Shown here in pieces: positions 26,562-35,746 of a DNA stretch of 64,000 nt. This stretch comes from an uncultured Clostridia bacterium (lineage in GTDB: Bacteria; Bacillota; Clostridia; TANB77; CAG-508): the NCBI GenBank assembly GCA_963558185.1, contig CAUWFE010000002.1, positions 24,460 through 88,459 on the forward strand, read 5' to 3'. How positions within the stretch are numbered: position 1 is the first letter of the stretch; every line of letters starts with the position of its first letter. Below the pieces are notes generated by a model that saw nothing but the letters and a program-made list of their open reading frames with translations, searched no databases and was not told where the DNA came from. Position numbers and translations under genes: made by a program.

Positions 26562-28117
26562 CTAATAAAGAGGTGAGAAAAATAAAAAATAGAACTAATA
26601 ATTCTATAATTAATGCAATTATAGCAATTATAACAAATATAGTAACTATACTTATGACTTTTATTATGCAAACTGTTTTGATAAAGGTATTGGGTTCAGA
26701 ATATAATGGTTTAAATGGGCTTTTTACTAATATTATATCAATGTTAAGTATGGTTGAGCTAGGTATTGGACCAGCAATAATTTTTAATTTATATAAACCA
26801 ATTAGTAATAATGACATACCCAAGATAAAATCATTAATGAAATTCTATAAAAACTGCTATCACATAATAGGTATAGCTATTTTGATTCTTGGAATTATAA
26901 TGTTACCATTTTTAGAAAATATTGTAGGAAAAAATTCATTACCAATTAATATTTATATAGTATTTATTTTATTTATAATAGAAACATTTTCTTCATATAT
27001 GATTTCATATAAGAGATCTATTTTATATGCTAATCAAGAAAGCTATATAACAAATTTAGTACATATTTTGTGTATTATAGCTATGAATATTATTCAGATA
27101 CTATTTATGGTAATAACTAAAAACTATTATTTAGTAGTTATAGCGAGAATTATTTTTAAAATAATAGAAAATGTGATAATAACAATAATTGCAAATAAAA
27201 AATATTCTTATATAAAAGATAAAAATGTAGAAAAATTAGACAAAAAAGTAGTTTATGATATAAAACAAAAAGTAAAAGGTTCTATTTTTCATAATATAGG
27301 AGCTAATGTTGTACTCAGTACAGACAATATTATCATTTCTAGTTTTCTAGGAATAGAAGTATTGGGCAAATATGTGAATTACAACATGATTATAAAATCT
27401 ATATCAAATTTATTAGCACAAATGTTTTCGTCAATTACAGCAAGTATAGGAAATTTATTGATAGATACAAAAGAGAATAAATCATATTCTATATATAAAA
27501 AAATAAACTTTTTAAATTTCTGGATATATTCCTATATAGCAATTGCAATATATTGTGTAATAAATCCATTTATTACTTTCTGGATAGGAGAAGAATATTT
27601 GTTATCTAATAATGTATTAATAGCACTAATTTTTAATTTCTTTTTACAAGGAATGAGACAAACAATAGCAACTTTTAGAAGTGCAGCAGGAATATGTTAT
27701 GAAGATAGATATATTCCTATTATAGAATCAATTATTAACATTGTATTTTCTATAACACTTGTAAAATTATTTGGACTAGTTGGTGTTTTTATTGGAACAA
27801 TTATAAGTACATTGTTTGTTCACTTATATAGCTATCCTAAATATGTATATACTAAAATTTTTAATAAAAAATTTAGGGATTATAATATCGAATTAGGAAA
27901 ATATACAGGATTATTCTGTATAATTTGGTTAACTACAGTGATAATATATAAAACTATAAATTTAGAAAATATCTTTTTACAAATAATATGGGCAGTTATA
28001 ATATCATTTATTTTGCCTAATGTAGTTTTATATATTTGTTATAGAAAAAAAGAAGAATATAAATATTTTAAAGAACTAATAATTAGTAAAGTGAGGAGAA
28101 AAAAATATGATACCTAA
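26552..28117 (+). CDS. wzx: Oligosaccharide flippase (Wzx, MOP superfamily)
   Basis: About 14 TM helices with the typical N-terminal N-x-I/A-I pattern. The start is uncertain: it may be TTG 26552 or lie downstream of RBS AGAGGTGA. Confidence 0.7.
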   Translation: MAITNKEVRKIKNRTNNSIINAIIAIITNIVTILMTFIMQTVLIKVLGSEYNGLNGLFTNIISMLSMVELGIGPAIIFNLYKPISNNDIPKIKSLMKFYKNCYHIIGIAILILGIIMLPFLENIVGKNSLPINIYIVFILFIIETFSSYMISYKRSILYANQESYITNLVHILCIIAMNIIQILFMVITKNYYLVVIARIIFKIIENVIITIIANKKYSYIKDKNVEKLDKKVVYDIKQKVKGSIFHNIGANVVLSTDNIIISSFLGIEVLGKYVNYNMIIKSISNLLAQMFSSITASIGNLLIDTKENKSYSIYKKINFLNFWIYSYIAIAIYCVINPFITFWIGEEYLLSNNVLIALIFNFFLQGMRQTIATFRSAAGICYEDRYIPIIESIINIVFSITLVKLFGLVGVFIGTIISTLFVHLYSYPKYVYTKIFNKKFRDYNIELGKYTGLFCIIWLTTVIIYKTINLENIFLQIIWAVIISFILPNVVLYICYRKKEEYKYFKELIISKVRRKKYDT

Positions 28118-28829
28118 AATAATCCACTATGTATGGGTGGGTAATGGAGAAAAAGATATAGAAATAAAAAAATGTATAAAATCTTGGAATGAAAAATTAA
28201 AAGACTGGAAAATAATAGAATGGAATGAAGAAAATTTTAATATACATAGTAATTCATTTGTAGAAAAAGCATATGAACTAAGAAAATATGCTTTTGTAAG
28301 TGATTATATACGAGCTTATGCAATTTATAATTATGGTGGAATATATTTAGATACAGATATAATGGTTTTGGAATCATTAGAAGAACTGCTAAATAATAAT
28401 GCTGTTATAGGTTTTGAGTCTAAAGAATATATAAGTGCTGCAATTTTCGGGGCAGAAAAAGGACATGCATTGATAAAAGATTTATTAGATTATTATGATA
28501 AAGTACAGAATTTTAAATATGAGCATAAAGATAATAATAGTATAATCATAACAAATATATTGAAGAAAAAGTATAACTTAAATGCGAATAATACAGAACA
28601 AATATTAAATACGGGAATACATGTGTATCCAAGTAAAATATTAAGTGTACCAAGTAAAGATTCCAAAACTATCCATTTAGTAACAGCTACATGGAATAAA
28701 AAAGCTTTAAAACTGAAAGATAAAGTAGCAAAAAAAATTTTAAGTAACTGTAATAGAAAATGGAAACTATGTATATATATTAAAATTTTAAATTTGTATC
28801 ATAAATTCAAAAAGGGGGACTATACATGA
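28107..28829 (+). CDS. Glycosyltransferase family 32-like (Gly_transf_sug, DXD)
   Basis: IPKIIHYVW...SDYIRAYAIYNYGGIYLDTD motif. Confidence 0.75.
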   Translation: MIPKIIHYVWVGNGEKDIEIKKCIKSWNEKLKDWKIIEWNEENFNIHSNSFVEKAYELRKYAFVSDYIRAYAIYNYGGIYLDTDIMVLESLEELLNNNAVIGFESKEYISAAIFGAEKGHALIKDLLDYYDKVQNFKYEHKDNNSIIITNILKKKYNLNANNTEQILNTGIHVYPSKILSVPSKDSKTIHLVTATWNKKALKLKDKVAKKILSNCNRKWKLCIYIKILNLYHKFKKGDYT

Positions 28830-29731
28830 TAACTATATTCACACCAACTTACAACAGAAAAGATATATTAAATAGAGCATATGAAAGTCTAAAAAAACAA
28901 ACTAATAAAAATTTTATATGGCTGATTATAGATGATGGTTCTACTGATAATACAGAAGAAATGATAGAAAATTGGAAACAAGAAAATAAGATAAAAATAT
29001 CTTACAAAAAACAACAAAATATGGGAAAACATATAGCACACAACAATGCAATAAAACAATGCAAAACACAATATCTTCTTTGCCTAGATTCTGATGACTT
29101 TTTAGAAGAAAATATGGTAGAATATTTATATGACATTTTGAAAAAAAATGATATGTCAAATATTTGGGGAATAATTGGACCGAAAAAAGAAAAAAAAGCG
29201 CAAAAAATTTCATGGATAAAAGATGCAAAATATTCTAAGATGGCATATTTATATCAGAAATATAAATATAAAGGAGAAACTTATATATTACTAAATGTTA
29301 ATTTAGTAAAAAAGGCAAAATATGAATTACCTAAATTTGGAGAAGAAAAAATGGTACCTGAATCTGTGTTATATGATAGACTTGATACAAAATATGATAT
29401 AATATTATGTCCAGAACCTTTATATATATATGAATATTTGGAAAATGGATATACTAAATCAGGAATTAAATATTTAATAAACAATAAAAAAGGTATGGCG
29501 TATGCAAATTATGTAAGAGCTTTTGAATCAAAATACTCGATTTACAGAAAAATATTATCATATGCTAGATATAATGCAATGAGAAAAATATTTTTTGAAG
29601 AAAAATTCAAAGAATACAAAGGTAAATATATTATTAAAATATTAGGTAGTATATTATCACCAATTTTTATGCTAAATTATAATATGAAAATTAGGAGAAT
29701 AAAAAATGATAAAAAAGATGAAAGAAATTAA
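28826..29731 (+). CDS. Glycosyltransferase family 2
   Basis: IFTPTYNR...LIIDDGSTDNT...CLDSDD. Confidence 0.8.
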   Translation: MITIFTPTYNRKDILNRAYESLKKQTNKNFIWLIIDDGSTDNTEEMIENWKQENKIKISYKKQQNMGKHIAHNNAIKQCKTQYLLCLDSDDFLEENMVEYLYDILKKNDMSNIWGIIGPKKEKKAQKISWIKDAKYSKMAYLYQKYKYKGETYILLNVNLVKKAKYELPKFGEEKMVPESVLYDRLDTKYDIILCPEPLYIYEYLENGYTKSGIKYLINNKKGMAYANYVRAFESKYSIYRKILSYARYNAMRKIFFEEKFKEYKGKYIIKILGSILSPIFMLNYNMKIRRIKNDKKDERN

Positions 29732-30254
29732 AAATATTATATTAAATATTCCAAATATAGAAAAACTGAAAAAGAATGGATTAAAAGTAGGAACTAATTT
29801 TGATGTTCAAAGAGGATGCATTATAGATCCACATCACTGCTGGTTAATTTCAATAGGAAATAATGTAACTTTAGCACCAGGAGTTCATATTCTAGCTCAT
29901 GATGCGAGTACAAAAAAAACATTAGGCTATACGAAAATTGGTTTAGTTAATATAGGAGATAATGTTTTTATAGGAGCACATACTACAATTCTTCCAAATG
30001 TTAAAATAGGCAATAATGTTATAATAGGAGCAAATTCAATTATAACAAGAGATATTCCAAATGATACAGTAGCAGTAGGAAATCCTTGTAGAGTAGTAGA
30101 AAAATATGACGATTTTATCGCAAAGAATAAAAAGTTGTTAGAATCAAAACCAAAATTTCAGGAAAATTGGACAGTTGATGGTAAAATTGATAATGACAAA
30201 AAAGAAAAAATGAAGAAAATATTATTGAAAGAAAAAATAGGTTTTGTTAGATAA
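29706..30254 (+). CDS. Hexapeptide-repeat O-acetyltransferase (LacA/WcaF-like)
   Basis: Left-handed beta-helix hexads: IGDNVFIGAHTTILPNVKIGNNVIIGANSIITRDIP. Confidence 0.75.
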   Translation: MIKKMKEIKNIILNIPNIEKLKKNGLKVGTNFDVQRGCIIDPHHCWLISIGNNVTLAPGVHILAHDASTKKTLGYTKIGLVNIGDNVFIGAHTTILPNVKIGNNVIIGANSIITRDIPNDTVAVGNPCRVVEKYDDFIAKNKKLLESKPKFQENWTVDGKIDNDKKEKMKKILLKEKIGFVR

Positions 30255-30272
30255 AGGAGAAAAAGAAGTTTT

Positions 30273-31460
30273 ATGAATACAAAATTAAGAAATAAAAAAA
30301 TAATTTTTTTGTTAATTTGTATTATGATTATTGGTATATGTATAGGAATAACAAAAAACATCAATATAATTCAAATAATAGATGTAATAAAAGAGAAATT
30401 TGTAGGTCCCCCAATTAATGAAAATAATGAGATTAATAATTCCTTTTTTGGAATAGCAGATGATTTTACTAAACCTAGAGAAACATTGAAAGGGATAAAT
30501 GAAGCTATAAAATATGCATCTAAAGATAATATAAATTATATAAAATTAAAAAAGGGAAAATATTTAATTGATGGAACTAATAACACAAATTTATCAAAAG
30601 GTATTGAAATTGAGGTTTCAAATATTACCATAGACTTAAATGGCTCTACGATAAAATATATAGAAAATAACAAACCAGTGTATAATGTTATAAAATTATT
30701 AAATGTCGAAAACGTTAATATTTGTAATGGAGTTATAATAGGTGATAAAGATAAACATGATTATGGCACGATACAATCATCACATGGATTTGGATGTGGA
30801 ATATCTATAAATGCTTGCAAGAATATAAAAATAGAAAACATGGAAATTTACAATATGACAGGTGATGGAATATATATAGGAGACCTATTTAATAAAAAAA
30901 ATGGTACATATGATAACAGTATGGATTGTAGTATAGTTAATAATAATATAAATAATTGTAGAAGATTAGGAATAGCAGTAACTGGAGGAACTAACATAAA
31001 AATAGAAAAAAATGAGATTTATAATATAGATGGAGTATGGCCAAAGGCCGGTATTTGTATAGAAGCAAATGAAAATGAAATAATAGATAAAATAACTATA
31101 AAAGATAATAAAATTTATACCACAGCATCTAATGATTCTATAATTGCAAGTAAAAATACCCAAAATGTACTTATAATAGAAAACGAACTTAATGGAGGAA
31201 TACTGGGATTAGATGTAAAATGTAAAATAAAAATTATTAACAACAAAATAAAAAGTGGAGATTTAGAATTTAAAATAAGTGAAGAGCTTAAAAAAAGCGG
31301 ATTTTATGTAAAAGAAGTATTGATACAGAAAAACAATGTACAAAATGGAAAGGTGATATTAAAAGATATTGAAAGAGGAGAGGTGTTAGAAAATACATTT
31401 ATCAATTGTGAATTTGACTTAGAAGAAGGAAAAGTCATTTTTAATGATAATGATATGTAA
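30273..31460 (+). CDS. Membrane-anchored right-handed parallel beta-helix protein (pectate-lyase-fold; putative polysaccharide hydrolase, lyase or epimerase)
   Basis: N-terminal TM helix. INEAIKYASKDNINYIKLKKGKYLI resembles a Pectate_lyase_3 N-terminal cap. Repeated I-x-N-N-x-I beta-helix coils follow. Confidence 0.6.
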   Translation: MNTKLRNKKIIFLLICIMIIGICIGITKNINIIQIIDVIKEKFVGPPINENNEINNSFFGIADDFTKPRETLKGINEAIKYASKDNINYIKLKKGKYLIDGTNNTNLSKGIEIEVSNITIDLNGSTIKYIENNKPVYNVIKLLNVENVNICNGVIIGDKDKHDYGTIQSSHGFGCGISINACKNIKIENMEIYNMTGDGIYIGDLFNKKNGTYDNSMDCSIVNNNINNCRRLGIAVTGGTNIKIEKNEIYNIDGVWPKAGICIEANENEIIDKITIKDNKIYTTASNDSIIASKNTQNVLIIENELNGGILGLDVKCKIKIINNKIKSGDLEFKISEELKKSGFYVKEVLIQKNNVQNGKVILKDIERGEVLENTFINCEFDLEEGKVIFNDNDM

Positions 31461-31463
31461 AAC

Positions 31464-32126
31464 ATGTTAATAGAAATATATAATAATTTTAGAAAAGTAT
31501 ATAATAAAGTAAAATATAGATTTAAGAATAATACAATAATTCAGACTAAATATATAGGAAAAAATGTTAATATTGGGAAATATTGTAGGATAAGTAAGAA
31601 TACATATATAGGTCAAAATTCAGAAATAGGAGATTTTACTTACTTTAATACAGGACCTTCTTTTATTAGTGTAGCAACTAATACAAAAATAGGAAAATTT
31701 TGTTCAATAGGACCAGGCACATATATAGGAATAGGAAATCACAAAATGAATGTATTAACAACTCATCCTATTGTTAGTGATATTGCTTATCAAAATATAG
31801 TTGATGTTTCAGAAAATAATAAAAAGATAGAATTAGAAACAATAATTGGAAATGATGTTTGGATTGGTGCAAATGCAATTATAATAGAGGGAATAAAAAT
31901 AGGAAATGGTGCAGTTATAGCAGCAGGAGCAGTTGTTACTAAAGATGTAGAAGACTATGCTATTGTAGGTGGTGTTCCAGCAAAAATTTTAAAATATAGA
32001 TTTGATGAAAAAACAAGAAGTCGTTTGAAACAAAAAGAAGAAAAATGGTGGCAGTGGAATACAAATGAATTAAAAGAAAATTATAATCTGTTGTTAAATG
32101 TAGAAGAATATCTAGATAAAAATTAA
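31464..32126 (+). CDS. Hexapeptide acetyltransferase of the XAT (CatB/Vat-like) class
   Basis: IGNDVWIGANAIIIEGIKIGNGAVIAAGAVVTKDVEDYAIVGGVPAKILKYRFD, followed by a W-rich C-terminal tail. Confidence 0.7.
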   Translation: MLIEIYNNFRKVYNKVKYRFKNNTIIQTKYIGKNVNIGKYCRISKNTYIGQNSEIGDFTYFNTGPSFISVATNTKIGKFCSIGPGTYIGIGNHKMNVLTTHPIVSDIAYQNIVDVSENNKKIELETIIGNDVWIGANAIIIEGIKIGNGAVIAAGAVVTKDVEDYAIVGGVPAKILKYRFDEKTRSRLKQKEEKWWQWNTNELKENYNLLLNVEEYLDKN

Positions 32127-32294
32127 ATATTAAAGTCTTAAAATTTTAAGAATAATTTTGAACAATTCTGTTACATTTATTGACTTTTGCATACATACAA
32201 TATATGATAATATAAAATAAAACCTAAGAGAACAAGGCTAAAAAATAAAAATTTTTTAACCAAAATTATGCATTGAGAAAGGAAACAAGTAAAT

Positions 32295-33938
32295 ATGAAA
32301 AATATTTTAAAAATAGCAGTTATATTAATACTATTTTTTATCACATTTACAACTGTATCAAATGCATCAGAAGAACAAATAGATGTTACATCAAACTTTA
32401 AAGATGAAAATTTGAGACAAGCAATTTTAGAAATAGTAAGGGAAGTTACAAAGGATCCAAATAAAACAAATATAACTATAGGTGATATAAATAAAATAAC
32501 ATCAGATAACTTACCAAGTGGAAAGCAATTACACTTAGCAGGAAAAGGAATAAAAAGTTTAGAAGGTCTTGAACTATTTTCTGGAAAGAACATTGAATGG
32601 ATATATTTAGACTGGAATGAAATTGCAGATATATCAATACTTTCAAGGTTTACTTCATTAACAAAAATAAGTATGAGTAGTAATAAAATAACAGATATCA
32701 CACCACTTGCAAAACTAACAAATTTAGTGAACTTAAATATAAGCAATAATCAAATAAGTTCATTAGAACCAATTAAAAATTTAACAAATATACAATACAT
32801 ATATGCAGATAACAATAAAATAACAGAAATAACAGCACTTAGTAAATTAACTAATGCAAAAGAAATTTCAGTTTCAGGAAATCAAATTACAAATATAGAT
32901 TTGCTAACTAAACTTCCTAATTTATATGGATTAGATGCAAGTAGAAATAATATAGCTAATATAGAAAATTTTCAAATAAATACACATATTACAAATATGA
33001 ATTTAAATTATAATAATTTAAGTACATTACAAGGAATACAAAATATTAAAAATTTACAAATATTTAGTGCAAGTAATAATAAAATAGTTGATATTACACC
33101 AATTACAGACTTAAGAGAATTATATAATTTAAATTTAAATGCAAATAAAATTACAGACATAACTAAAATTAATAAAATGAAGCAATTAGAATATCTATAT
33201 TTAGATGCAAATAATATAATTTATGTACAAGCAATAGATGAGCTACCAAACTTAAAAAAAGTAACATTATATAATCAAACATATGAATTTATTATAAAAG
33301 AGCAATATAACCAAGAAGATTTACAAATAAATTTAACGGATTATTTTATAAAATTAAAAGAAACAGGGCATAAACTGTATGAACAAAATGCAAAAGTAGA
33401 AATACAAAATTCAACAGGATATACATTAGCTCAAGACTGGTCGTACATTATTATTAAACAAAGTGATTTACAAAACAAACCAATCATAATGAAAATATAT
33501 GATAATGAAAATTCATATATTACATTTACAATAAAACAAGAAATTCCACAACAAGAGTTAGCAAGCACAATATATACCATAGAAAATAAATATGTAAAAA
33601 ATGTACCAGCAAAAACAACTAAAGAAGTATTTAACCAAAATGTAAATATACCAGTAGAAATACTTCGAAATGATAAAGCATTGCAAAATACACAAATAGT
33701 AGCAACTAAAGATGTAGTTAAACTAAACTCAAAATCATATATAATCATTGTAGATGGAGATATTACAAAAGATGGATTAGTTAATATTTTTGATATAATG
33801 AAAATTAAACGAAAAGTAATAGGACTAGTAGAATTAGATGTGGATACAAATATGGCAGCAGATATAACAAAAGATGGAAATGTGAACATTATGGATGTCA
33901 TGAAAATGCTAAGAATGGTAAGTAATGAAACAAACTAA
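32295..33938 (+). CDS. Secreted leucine-rich-repeat (internalin-like) protein with a C-terminal dockerin module
   Basis: Signal peptide (MKNILKIAVILILFFITFTTVSNA). About a dozen 22-aa LRRs (LTNLVNLNISNNQISSLEPIKN). Two dockerin-type Ca-binding segments, DITKDGLVNIFDIMKIKRKV and DITKDGNVNIMDVMKMLRMV. Confidence 0.8.
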   Translation: MKNILKIAVILILFFITFTTVSNASEEQIDVTSNFKDENLRQAILEIVREVTKDPNKTNITIGDINKITSDNLPSGKQLHLAGKGIKSLEGLELFSGKNIEWIYLDWNEIADISILSRFTSLTKISMSSNKITDITPLAKLTNLVNLNISNNQISSLEPIKNLTNIQYIYADNNKITEITALSKLTNAKEISVSGNQITNIDLLTKLPNLYGLDASRNNIANIENFQINTHITNMNLNYNNLSTLQGIQNIKNLQIFSASNNKIVDITPITDLRELYNLNLNANKITDITKINKMKQLEYLYLDANNIIYVQAIDELPNLKKVTLYNQTYEFIIKEQYNQEDLQINLTDYFIKLKETGHKLYEQNAKVEIQNSTGYTLAQDWSYIIIKQSDLQNKPIIMKIYDNENSYITFTIKQEIPQQELASTIYTIENKYVKNVPAKTTKEVFNQNVNIPVEILRNDKALQNTQIVATKDVVKLNSKSYIIIVDGDITKDGLVNIFDIMKIKRKVIGLVELDVDTNMAADITKDGNVNIMDVMKMLRMVSNETN

Positions 33939-33941
33939 AAA

Positions 33942-33985
33942 ATGTAACAAAATTGCAACAAACTTGTAACAAAAATGTAAATTAA
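33942..33985. repeat. Tandem 11-bp phased repeat (ATGTAACAAAA / TTGCAACAAAC / TTGTAACAAAA / ATGTAAATTAA)
   Basis: Read directly. The array starts 4 nt after the LRR-dockerin stop codon and has the same motif and period as 3806-3849. Confidence 0.75.
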
Positions 33986-34075
33986 AAAAGATTGTATAAA
34001 AAACATTAATATGATATCATAAACAAAAATATGATAATTAAATAAGAAAGGAGAATATCCATTACTGGATATAAA

Positions 34076-34876
34076 TTGAATATGCAAAAGAATGTAAAAA
34101 TTATAGTAAGTATTTTAATAACAATAACAATTTTTTTAATATCAACAACTGTTCAAGCGGAAGAAATATACAAGGTAGATATGGGCTTAGTTGCTGAAAA
34201 TATGACAATAGATTTAGATAAACAAAAAGAAGTAGCTATATATTTGAAGTTAACAGATTTTAATTTGCCAGATAAAATTTTAGGTTATGAAGCAGTTTTA
34301 AATTACGATACAAATGTATTTTCAAAAGTAACAGTAACAGGATTAAATGACTGGATAGGAATAAGTAGCAATAATGATATATATACAGAATCAACAAAAA
34401 AATTAGTATCAACAACTTCAAATGCAACTATTAATACAAATGTAGCAAAACTAGTATTTACAATAAGTGAAACAGCAAAAGCACAAGATACAACAATAAC
34501 ATTGAATAAATTATTGATAGCAGCAGGAAATGAAGAAAGTACACAGGTAGAAGAAAAAACAAAAAGTATAACATTACACTTAGAAAAAAAACAACAAGAA
34601 CCAGCACCAGATGAAGGTGAAAATAATAAACCAAATAACGAGCAAAAACCAGACAATAAAAATGAAGTAACAAATGCTCAAAAAAATGAAGTAGCAAATG
34701 AAACTGTAAATCAAGATAGAGCTAATATAACAGTTACTACTCCTACTGATGATACACAAGCAAATGGGAAAATTCCACAAACAGGAGCTAATATGCAAGT
34801 ATTAGGTGCTATAGTAATAATTGCTATTTTAGGAATTATAATCTATATTAGATATCGTTCAATAGAAATAAAATAG
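34076..34876 (+). CDS. Cell-wall-anchored cohesin-domain protein (sortase substrate)
   Basis: Signal peptide. A cohesin-like module (GYEAVLNYDTNVFSKVTVTG...VAKLVFTISE). A P/E/N/K-rich linker. C-terminal IPQTG followed by a hydrophobic helix and a basic tail (an LPXTG-type sorting signal). The start is TTG 34076 or ATG 34082. Confidence 0.75.
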   Translation: MNMQKNVKIIVSILITITIFLISTTVQAEEIYKVDMGLVAENMTIDLDKQKEVAIYLKLTDFNLPDKILGYEAVLNYDTNVFSKVTVTGLNDWIGISSNNDIYTESTKKLVSTTSNATINTNVAKLVFTISETAKAQDTTITLNKLLIAAGNEESTQVEEKTKSITLHLEKKQQEPAPDEGENNKPNNEQKPDNKNEVTNAQKNEVANETVNQDRANITVTTPTDDTQANGKIPQTGANMQVLGAIVIIAILGIIIYIRYRSIEIK

Positions 34877-34884
34877 TTAATATT

Positions 34885-34914
34885 GGGCAATGTTAAAAGC
34901 ATTGCTCTTTTTTA
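34885..34914 (+). terminator. Intrinsic terminator after the cohesin gene
   Basis: Stem GGGCAATG/CATTGCTC followed by TTTTTTATT. Confidence 0.75.
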
Positions 34915-34936
34915 TTAAATAAATTTATGAAAAAAC

Positions 34937-34966
34937 TTGAAAAATATACCTGAAATTGGGTATAAT
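34937..34966 (+). promoter_or_regulatory. Sigma-A type promoter for the wzz / BY-kinase / phosphatase operon
   Basis: TTGAAA (34937-34942), an 18-nt spacer, then TATAAT (34961-34966). Confidence 0.6.
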
Positions 34967-35005
34967 ATAACATATGAAAAAATAGGGAAGGAAGATATAA
35001 AAAAC

Positions 35006-35746
35006 ATGGAAGATTTTGATTTAAAAGAATTATTTAGTATTTTTTGGAATAGAAAAAATTACATATTATTGATAGTTGCAATTTCAATGGTAGTAGGAAT
35101 TATTTATTCTTACTTTTTTGTAAAGCCAAAATATAAGTCTCAAACATCATTATTATTAGCACAGTCAAATATTAATGCTCAAGAGCAAGAAGGTATAGTA
35201 GGAGATGTAGGTGGAATTACAACAAATGATGTAACATTGAACCAAAAATTAGTTCCAACATATAGTGTACTTTTAAAAAGTGATAGTATAATTAACGAAG
35301 TTGTAGATAACTTAAATATAGATGTATCAGCTGAACAACTAAAAAACAGTATTACAGTTAGTGCAGTTAAAGATACACAATTAATAAATATAACCGTAAC
35401 AGCTGAAGCTCCAAGAAATGCAAAAGTAATAGCAGATGAAATTTCAAAGGTATTTATTGAAAAAATAGCACATGATATTTACAAAATGGATAATGTTACT
35501 ATAATAGATTCAGCAAAAGAAGATTCAAATCCATATAATATAAATCATACAAAAGATATAATAATGTTTACAGCTATAGGTATTGTAATTGCAATTGTAT
35601 ATGTTCTAATTGCAAATATGTTGGATACTACAGTAAAATCACAAGAAGATATAGAAAAAAAATTAGGACTTTCTGTTATTTCAAGTATTCCATTATATAA
35701 TTTTAATGCAAGTATGAAACCTGTTTCAAAAGGAGGAAGAAGATAA
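35006..35746 (+). CDS. Chain-length determinant / BY-kinase transmembrane modulator (Wzz, CpsC/YveK-type)
   Basis: Two TM helices flank an extracellular domain, with the Wzz N-terminal pattern (LKELFSIFWNRKNYILLIV). I place the start at ATG 35006 (RBS GGAAGGAAG). The track TTG start lies inside the promoter. Confidence 0.8.
   Translation: MEDFDLKELFSIFWNRKNYILLIVAISMVVGIIYSYFFVKPKYKSQTSLLLAQSNINAQEQEGIVGDVGGITTNDVTLNQKLVPTYSVLLKSDSIINEVVDNLNIDVSAEQLKNSITVSAVKDTQLINITVTAEAPRNAKVIADEISKVFIEKIAHDIYKMDNVTIIDSAKEDSNPYNINHTKDIIMFTAIGIVIAIVYVLIANMLDTTVKSQEDIEKKLGLSVISSIPLYNFNASMKPVSKGGRR

Noticed and set aside
31464-32126. The XAT-class (CatB/Vat-like) acetyltransferase as an antibiotic-resistance gene.
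   Set aside because: It is the last gene of a polysaccharide operon, next to other sugar-modifying enzymes. Sugar acetyltransferases share this fold, and nothing in the sequence lets me claim chloramphenicol or streptogramin specificity.
32177-32746. 189-aa minus-strand ORF.
   Set aside because: It lies antisense to the well-supported LRR-dockerin gene and its promoter region. It has low-complexity, hydrophobic composition typical of antisense frames in AT-rich DNA, and no RBS.
34937-35005. The TTG start at 34937 for the Wzz-like gene.
   Set aside because: This stretch contains the TTGAAA/TATAAT promoter itself. ATG 35006 has a proper RBS and yields the usual Wzz N-terminus.
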